From Octopus vulgaris (taxonomy: Eukaryota), in assembly GCA_951406725.2 (NCBI GenBank), contig OX597824.1, forward strand, positions 30,256,001-30,320,000: a stretch of DNA of 64,000 nt, written 5' to 3'. Below the pieces are notes generated by a model, which was given only the letters and a program-made list of their open reading frames with translations, was not told the origin of the DNA and did no database searches. A program made the translations under genes and the position numbers. Below are positions 56,036 through 64,000 of the stretch, one piece after another; positions within the stretch are counted from its first letter, which is position 1, and every line of letters begins with the position of its first letter.

Positions 56036-56179
56036 TTGTTCTTGTTTAGCAAGATCTCTGCTGATTTCTTGGGGTTCACTGATCTCTTCGGGTGAAGCAG
56101 ATGTTAGAGCAAGTTTTAAATTATTACATATCATACATCTTTCCATCTTACTATCAGCAACTGTGTAGTTAACACTATC
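56036..56179 (-). CDS. Unknown CxxC-repeat gene, repeat exon C (DSVNYTVADSKMERCMICNNLKLALTSASPEEISEPQEISRDLAKQEQ)
   Basis: tttttag/gtagg; 144 nt, phase 0-0. Confidence 0.8.
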
Positions 56180-57621
56180 CTAAAAAGAAATCAATTTATA
56201 TAAATTAAACTTGGGTTGTAAAAAAATTGAATTGCCTATTTAAAGAAAATGCATTATTTTTGCTATTAAACTGAATTCTACAAAATAAACTAAAATCCGT
56301 CCATCTAAGTAAAAATGAGGCCCTAAAGGCATGTCATTTATGTCTACACCCCTGCATACAATCTGTCCCTGATGAGTCTCTCTCTCACAACTTATCTTCC
56401 AACTCCCCCACGACCTATGTTCACTCACTGCATTCTCTTCCCCTCTATCTCCTACTCACATTTTGCACTCTCATAAACTTACCTGCAACATCACCCCATC
56501 CAATCCCCTGTACCATTTCAATTGTATGCATTTCCCTGTAACTTGAATATATACCTCAACTTACCTTCTTCACCATCTTCTCTCTCTCCTCCCTCTCTTT
56601 TTCCATCTGAGATAGCCATGTATCTCTTTTACTGCAAGATATCTATTTCTGTACCTCTATTCATACTCTAACCTCTCATCCCCTGGCACTAAGCCACCTT
56701 CTCAATACTAACCCCCACTTAGTTGAGGATTACTTGTCTTGCAAGTTATTTGGTGACCTCACTGGTGCAGGTACTATATAAAAAGCACCCATTGCATTCT
56801 GTAAAGAAGCTGACACCGAGAAGTGTATCCAGCCACAGAAACTATGTTAAAGCAAGCAGCGAGGCTTGGCAAAGTCATCTGGCTTGTCAACTCCTATCAA
56901 ACCATCCAACTTATACTAGCATAGAAAGCAGATGTTATTACATGGAAAAATGCAAGCATGAAAAGAAATATTCTTAAGATTATAAACCTGGAAAAGTACA
57001 GGACAAGTTATTACACCTGTAAAAGTATAGGACAAGCTATTACTTCTAGTAAAGAATAAGAAACCTTTTACTTAAAATATTGCAGCAAAGAATGCCAGTT
57101 CTTCTAATTTATCACTCGTTTACAGTTCTCATCTTTTAAATTTGTTCAAAACTGTTCAGCTAATTTGTAAGTTTGTCTAATTAATCACTTTTTTCTGTAT
57201 TTAAGGTAGTAAATTAGCCAAATTCTACTTAAATAAGTAGGGTTATTTGTAAACTATAATAAAATAAGTTTTAATATTCATGTGATTTAGATAGGGGGAT
57301 ACTTTGGCTGCTATTTTTAGCATGTCGAGCAACTGGTAGAGGTCTTTCATTGGTTCGATTGCGTGATGAGATTTTTTTTACACATATGTGTAATATGTAT
57401 ATATATCATCAGCAGAAGTTAGAGAGTAAATCAAAAGCTGAGAGTTTCTTATATTGGCACTTATCAAACACGAATTTGTCCATTGTCACTCTGTAACTTC
57501 TGACGAAATAACTTCTAAAATACAAAATTTGTCAAAAACGTTAAAAGTAAACCCTGTTCTATGTGACACATTCTACTAGTATCGGAAGTTTGAAAGTGTT
57601 TAGTTAAAAAAAATAAATTAA

Positions 57622-57985
57622 ATGTAGGAGTGGCTGTGTGGTTCCAGGTTCAGTCCCACTGCATGGCACCTTGGGTTAGTGTCTTCTACTATAGCCTCGG
57701 GCTGACCAAAGCCTTGTGAGTGGATTTGGTAGATGAAAACTGAAAGACGCCTGTCGTATATGTGTGTGTGTGTGTATGTTTGTGTGTCTGTGTTTGTCCT
57801 CACATCATTTGACAACCAATGCTGGTGTGTTTACGTTTCTGTAACTTAGCAGTTCAGCAAAGGAGACCAATAGAATAAGTACTAAGCTTACAAAGTATAA
57901 GTCCTGGGGTCGATTTGCTGAACTAAAGGCAGTGCTCCAGCATGGCCACAGTGAAATGACTGAAAAAAGTAAAAGAGTAAAAGAG
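57622..57985 (+). mobile_element. SINE family A copy
   Basis: Collinear with the other copies. Confidence 0.82.
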
Positions 57986-58899
57986 AATCCGTACGTCAAA
58001 GTCGACCTCGGCGAAATTTGAACTCAAAATGTAAAGACAGACGAAATACTGTTAAGCAGTTCACCCAATGCACTAAGGCTTCTGCCAGCTCGCCGACTTA
58101 GAATGTAAACATTCATTTTAGAAATATATTCTTTATTCTTATTGCTTAAGCGTTACTCCCTTACTTACTGACATTAATTTTTGTAACATTTTATCTCATA
58201 ACTCATTTTCTACTCAGTTTTGTTCAATGCAACTAGCAATTCTGAATTCCTCATGCATTTTGCTATCATTTAAGCCAAAGAAAAGTATACTTTTAATTTA
58301 AAATTTAAAAATTTATGTTAATTGAAGATGAATATCTGCCTTATTGCCTCCTTTGAGGTTGCAGATATTTTGATGTAACTGTTTTTCTACTGAACCAAAT
58401 ATCAAACTATTTAGGCCAAAGTGTAGCTGAGGAGGTGTCCTCTTTAAAGCAATTAACAGTTTGCAATTTAGTTGAGAACTGAATTAGTGGTGAAGCTTGG
58501 AAGCTGCTGTGATTGATGAAATGGTGGACTTAAGAATATATTCAACCACTACCATGGTTGAATGATAGGATGATGATGAACAACTTGACTAGTTTACAAT
58601 TACTTGTGAAAAAATGAGACACGTAACAGTTTATAGAAGAGATAAAATAAACACAGCTGATATTACCAATGGTAATAACCAGGTGAAATTTAGTTGAGTT
58701 CTTCTTCAGATCATTCTACAAAAAGAGATCTTGGTAGTTTAAACATTCCACAATAAGGTTAAATATATGGCTATATACATAAATATATTTACAACTTATT
58801 TGTAGGCACTCTGTCTCAAGACTATTGCTAAAAAGTACACACATACACATATATATGAGGTGTAAGGTGTTATTGTACAGTAGTTTGGAGTTTTGAATC

Positions 58900-60120
58900 C
58901 CTGACAAAGCCTGTTACTTAAACTCTTCAACTTATATCTGTTGTCTCTGGCTGTTTTCCGTGAATAAACTGGGTTTTCTCTTTTTGGTGTGTTATTATAG
59001 GATTTTAGTTGCAGTTTATATTTTTTTAAATCAGATTTGGATTGCAGTCACAGATTTTTGTCTTTGGGTGTTTTCATTGAAATTAAAGAAGTTAGGATGA
59101 ATTTCAGTTTCACAATGATAAATCCTTTTCCAATTAGGTCCGGATCCTTTGGGAATTTTTCCATCCAAAATTATATAGCTTCTATTCTGTATTGATGAGG
59201 AATTGAGGTGTAGAGATTTATTATGTTGAATGAGACCAAAGGAGAGTTTATGCTGGTTTTGTTCAGGATATGGTTTAAAAAGTTCAGGTCATCTCTTGTG
59301 AGGCTCAGCATATGTTGAAGAATAGGTTTTAGGAGGATGTCAATGAAGTTACTCAGTTTGTGTATCTCACAGGACAGACCAGCCACAACTGGCTTCACTT
59401 TGAGATCTCTTGGATGTGGAATATTAATGACTAAAGAAGTATATCTGCTACATGCTTCATTTATGGCTTCATTCTTGTGGATTTTTGGAAGTCCATAAAA
59501 GTTGCTGGGTTTGCAGTCAAATTTTTCTTTTCCATTAAATATTGTTGGAACTGATAGATGAGGGTAGTAAACTTTGTCATTATTTTAGATTGACTGTTGA
59601 TTTTTTTGTAGTAGGTATTGTCTTGAAGGAGGGTTAGGGTAGTGTTTATGTATTGTCCTTGTCCATGATGACTACAGAACTCCCTTTATCAGCTTGTTTG
59701 ATAACCATATTATAATCATCCTTGAGATCATTAATGATTTCCCATTCTTCTCAGCTTGTATTTGTTTTCAATTTCCAATGAGGGAGTAAATTATAGGGGA
59801 AATTGGATACCAAATCATGAAGTTTATCCAGAGTTTGGTTTCTCCCTTTTGTCAGACTATAGTTGGTTTTATTATGAAGTATTGAATGATCATTAATTTC
59901 TTTATCAAATACTTCTTCAGTGACTCAAAGTTTTCTATAGAATTCCTGGACATTGTTCTGCATCTCATTTAAATTCAACTTTTGTGGTGTTGGGGTGAAC
60001 TTCAGTCCTTATGAGAGAAATTTGGTTTGTTAGCTTGACAGGGTTTTATGCAAGATATTTCTAATCTTTGGGATCTCACATTTGGTTGATGCCATCGAGT
60101 CCCCTGTTTTAGGCCCAGAA
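58900..60120 (-). mobile_element. Penelope-like element RT fragment, degenerate, in the intron between repeat exons B and C
   Basis: KQADKGSSVVIMD, FYGLPKIHK, PVVAG and LVSFNIINLYTSIP motifs. Confidence 0.8.
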
Positions 60121-60233
60121 TACCTAAAAAATGGTTCCTTGGTTTTTGGTGCATATATATACATGCATACACAAGAAAGAGATCTTGATGACAACGTTAA
60201 TCTGGATAGAGATAAAATATGATATAAACCTAC

Positions 60234-60395
60234 CTGTTCTTGTTTAGCAAGGTCTATATCAATTTCTCCAAGTTGTCTGGTCTCTTGGGGTCCACTGATC
60301 ATTTTGGGTGAAGCAGATGTTGAAGCAACCTTAAATTGTTTACATATCTTACATCTTTGCATCTTGTTACCAGTCACTAAATATTCAACAGTATC
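60234..60395 (-). CDS. Unknown CxxC-repeat gene, repeat exon B (DTVEYLVTGNKMQRCKICKQFKVASTSASPKMISGPQETRQLGEIDIDLAKQEQ)
   Basis: ttctttttag/gtagg; 162 nt, phase 0-0; 152/162 nt identical to exon A. Confidence 0.8.
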
Positions 60396-61365
60396 CTAAA
60401 AAGAAGAACAGTTAAATGAATTATACTTGGGATGCATATAAATTTACATGTAGATATTAGAAAAATATAGTTAAACGAACAGAACTCTACAAAATTTAAC
60501 AACTTTCTCATAACCAGTTTGTGTGTATGCTTAATTCTTTTGTTATCATATTTCTGTTGAGATGCTCTGTATTTCTTTCAATTAATTCTAAATATAACAA
60601 AGAATTTAGTAAAGTAACTTAGTGTTAGTAACATAAATTATGACAAAGGTTTGGTGGAAGATTTTAATTCAGAACTTTTGAAAACGAGACATTTGTACTA
60701 CAGAGCCAGAAGCAATTTCAGGCAGATTAGTATCAAAAGGGAGAAGCACTACATTCAATACAACGAAACAATAGTTTACAGTTACTTGTGAAAAGTGAGA
60801 CAAGTAACAATTGCTAGAAAAGATAAAGTTAATACAGTTGATGAGCTGGTAGCAACCAGGTGAAATTTACTTGAGTTCTTTAAATCATTCAACAAAAAGA
60901 GATCTTGGTGGTTTAAACATTCCACAACACGGTTAAATATATGGCTATACATGTAAATATATTTACAACTTATCTGAAGGCACTCTGTCCCAAGACTATT
61001 ACTAATAAATACACACATGCATGCGTGTGTGTGTGTGTGTATGTGTGTGCATTTCATGATATAGTTGGGAAATAAGAGGAGTATCCATGACATTTACAGC
61101 TCCTACAAAAAAGTATGATAGCATGTGAAAAATTGGAAGTCTTGAAATTTTTTAACTTAACTGTCTCAAGCCACCTGCTTTCACAACACTTCAGCATCCC
61201 TTTGGGTCCCCTAGAGGACCGCAGACCCCAGTTTGAGAACAACTGCTCTAGATGGTCGCATGAACTGCTCGAGACAGTATCTTGGTCACGCTAGGATGTT
61301 TTTCATCATGAACCTGCTCAATCAAATTAACCAGAGGCCACACAACAACATATATACATATGTGC

Positions 61366-61408
<43 letters not shown>

Positions 61409-61637
61409 GTGGTTGGTGCTAGGAAGGGCATCCAACTGTAGAAACAATGCCAAATCAGACTGGAGTCTGATGCAGCTCCCCAGCTTGCCACCTCCAATCA
61501 AACAGTCCAACACAGGCTGGCATGGACAACAGATGCAAATTGATGATGATGATGATATATATATATAAGCACAAAAGAGAGGGATCTTGATAACTATGTA
61601 TATCTGCAGAAAGAGATAAAATATAATATAAACCTAC

Positions 61638-61799
61638 CTGTTCCTGTTTAGCAAGGTCTATATCAATTTCTCTAGGTTCTATGGTCTCTTGGGGTTCACT
61701 GATCATTTGGGGTGAAGCAGATGTTGAAGCAACCTTAAATTGTTTACATATCTTACATCTTTGCATCTTGTTACCAGCCATTACATATTCAACAGTATC
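61638..61799 (-). CDS. Unknown CxxC-repeat gene, repeat exon A (DTVEYVMAGNKMQRCKICKQFKVASTSASPQMISEPQETIEPREIDIDLAKQEQ); upstream exons beyond the window
   Basis: ttctttttag/gtagg; 162 nt, phase 0-0. Confidence 0.8.
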
Positions 61800-62364
61800 C
61801 TAAAAAGAAGAACAGTTAAATAAATTATACTTGGGATGCATATAAATTTACATGTAGATATTAGAAAAATATATTTTAACAAACAGAACTCTACAAAATT
61901 GAACAACTTTCTCATAACAAGCTTGTTTGTACTATTTAAGCAATACATTTAACACAAGCGAACAGTAATTTACAGCTACTTGTGAAAAATGTGACAAGTA
62001 ACAATTGATAGAAGAGATAAAGTAAATGCAGCTGATGAGCTGATAACAACCAGATGAAATTTAATTTAGTTCCCTTTGAAATCATTCTATAAAAAGAGAT
62101 CTTAGTGGTTTAAATATTCCACAGGAAGATTAAACATATAGCTATACATCATCATCATCATCATCATCGTTTAACGTCCGCTTTCTGCGCTAGCACGGGT
62201 TGGACGGTTTGACCGGGTCTGGGAAGCCAGGGGCCGCTCCAGGCACCAGTCTGAATCTGGCAGAGTTTCTACGGCTGGATGCCCTTCCTAACGCCAACCA
62301 CTCCGTGAGTGGATTGGGTGCTTTTTACGTGCCACCTGCACAGGGGCCGGAGGGTCCGGCATCG

Positions 62365-64000
62365 TCAAGATCGGTTCGAGCATTTTAACGTGTCAGCGGC
62401 ACGGGGGCAACGAGGTCCGGGGTACTTTGGGGATCGGGGTACTTTGGGGATCCAGGGTACTTTCCGGGGTACTTTGGGGATCGGGGTACTTTGGGGATCC
62501 AGGGTACTTTGGGGATCCGGGGTACTTAGAATGGGTAGGGGGTATGTGGAATTGCTGCAGAAAGCAGCCCAGGTCTTTGTAGTCACAGCATATCTCCAGA
62601 GATCTCGGTCCTTCGCCATTGCCTCAGTGAGGCCCAATGCTCTGAGGTCATGCTTGACCACCTCATCCCATGTCTTCCTGGGTCTACCTCTCCCCCTGAT
62701 ACCTTCAACTGTTTGGGAGTGGCACTTCTTCACACATCTCTCTTCATCCATCCGCAGCACATGACCATACCATCGCAAGCGTCGCTCTTGCACACCACAT
62801 CTGATGCTTCTTATATCCAGCATTTCTCTCAGGATACTTACACTCTGTTTTGCGTGCACACTGACACTACACATCCAGCGGATCATGCTAGCTTCATTTC
62901 TTTCAAGTCTACGCATGTCTTCTGCAGTCACAGCCCATGTTTCATTACCGTGAAGCATGGCAGTTCGCACACATGCATCATACAATCTACCTTTTGCTCT
63001 GAGGGAGAGACCTTTTGTTGCCAGTAGGGGTAGGAGCTTTCTGAACTTTGCCCAGGCTATTCGTATTCTAGTGGTGATACTCTCTGTGCATCCACCTCCG
63101 CTACTAACTTGGTCTCCCAGGTAGCGGAAACTATCAACTACTTCTAGTTTCTCTCCCTGGAGTGTGATGGAATCTGTTTTCTGAGTGTCTGTTGTGTCTA
63201 TTGTCCCTGTGCATCTGCCGCACATGAAAGCTATCTTATCTGTTAATTTCCCTTTAATGTTGCTGCACCTCTTATGTGTCCATAACTTACATTGGGTGCA
63301 TCTTATGGAGTTTCTACCTGTACCTTTCCTACAGGTTGAGCAGGGCCACCTACCCGAGGGGATGTGTGCTGAGTACCTCTTGCTGCTTACTAATACTTTG
63401 GTCTTTGCTACATTTATTCTAAGGCCCTTTGATTCCAACCCTTGCTTCCACACCCGAAATTTCTCTTCTAGTTCCGGTAGTGATTCTGCTATGAGAGCTA
63501 GGTCATCGGCATAGAGGAGCTCCCAGGGGCATCCCGTTTTGAATTCCTCTGTTATTGCCTGAAGGACTATGATGAATAAAAGGGGACTGAGGGCTGAGCC
63601 CTGGTGCACACCTACTTCTACTCGGAATTCTTCACTATATTCGTTGCCAATCCTAACCTTGCTGACAGCCTCTCTGTATAGAGCCTGTACAGCCCTTATT
63701 AGCCATTCTTCAATCTCCAGTTTCCGCATCGACCACCAGATAAGGGAACGGGGAACCCTGTCAAAGGCTTTCTCCAAGTCTACAAAAGCTATGTAGAGGG
63801 GTTTATCTTTAGCTAGGTACTTCTCCTGCAGTTGTCGGACCAGGAATATAGCATCAGTGGTGCTTCTACCTGGTACAAAACCGAACTGCATTTCATCTAA
63901 ACAAATTCTCTCCCTAATGAGTTTGGTTATGACCTTCTCTGAGACCTTCATCACCTGGTCCAACAGTTTGATACCTCTGTAGTTATTTCTATCTAGAGCA
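62365..64000 (-). CDS. LINE (RTE-like) reverse transcriptase ORF, open to the window edge, with embedded PHD-type finger
   Basis: NYRGIKLL, QFGF.PGRST.DAIF, FVDLEKAFDRV, GVHQGSALSPLLF, YADD, FRYLG, RRLRWYGHV; no stops over more than 530 codons. Confidence 0.95.
   Translation of the reverse strand, partial: ALDRNNYRGIKLLDQVMKVSEKVITKLIRERICLDEMQFGFVPGRSTTDAIFLVRQLQEKYLAKDKPLYIAFVDLEKAFDRVPRSLIWWSMRKLEIEEWLIRAVQALYREAVSKVRIGNEYSEEFRVEVGVHQGSALSPLLFIIVLQAITEEFKTGCPWELLYADDLALIAESLPELEEKFRVWKQGLESKGLRINVAKTKVLVSSKRYSAHIPSGRWPCSTCRKGTGRNSIRCTQCKLWTHKRCSNIKGKLTDKIAFMCGRCTGTIDTTDTQKTDSITLQGEKLEVVDSFRYLGDQVSSGGGCTESITTRIRIAWAKFRKLLPLLATKGLSLRAKGRLYDACVRTAMLHGNETWAVTAEDMRRLERNEASMIRWMCSVSVHAKQSVSILREMLDIRSIRCGVQERRLRWYGHVLRMDEERCVKKCHSQTVEGIRGRGRPRKTWDEVVKHDLRALGLTEAMAKDRDLWRYAVTTKTWAAFCSNSTYPLPILSTPDPQSTLDPQSTPIPKVPRKVPWIPKVPRSPKYPGPRCPRAADTLKCSNRS
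62419..62528. repeat. About 18-bp G-rich minisatellite (GGGTACTTTGGGGATC[CA])
   Basis: About six tandem imperfect copies visible. Confidence 0.85.

Larger units (their letters stand above)
62147..64000 (-). mobile_element. RTE-clade non-LTR retrotransposon, 3' portion, (GAT)n tail
   Basis: RT ORF, 3' UTR and (CAT)7 on plus at 62147-62167; related 3'-end fragments near 55490-55650 and 61400-61555. Confidence 0.9.

Noticed and set aside
58716-61093. Similar ORFs LETECLQISCKYIY / LGTECLQISCKYIY as additional exons
   Set aside because: They lie in the duplicated intron block, which has indels between copies and no consistent splice sites
62309-63796. Plus-strand ORFs overlapping the LINE
   Set aside because: Antisense shadows of the RT ORF and the minisatellite

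Overview
This is an AT-rich, microsatellite- and SINE-saturated animal genomic window, most likely an octopod cephalopod (inferred from the CORE-type and Meta-type tRNA SINEs and the (TA)n/(CA)n/(TACA)n load). Most entries in the supplied ORF track are microsatellite artefacts. Three spliced genes can be reconstructed by hand, all on the minus strand. (1) 130-13095: a secreted S1A serine protease with a short, very basic 6-Cys N-terminal domain; its last exon lies outside the window. (2) 16311-38340: a complete 6-exon, 348-aa tandem paralogue with an atypical chitin-binding (CBM14-like) N-terminal domain. (3) 49354-61799: the 3' part of an unrecognised gene made of tandemly duplicated phase-0 exons, most encoding a CxxC-containing 42-54 aa repeat, ending in an acidic Cys-rich terminal exon. 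Mobile DNA includes an RTE-type LINE with an intact RT ORF carrying a PHD-finger insertion, an RT-less Gypsy element, R4/Dong-like and Penelope-like fragments, Tc1/mariner elements and MITEs. Several dispersed repeats fold as minimal (Penelope-type) hammerhead ribozymes, some with a non-canonical CCGAxGA core.
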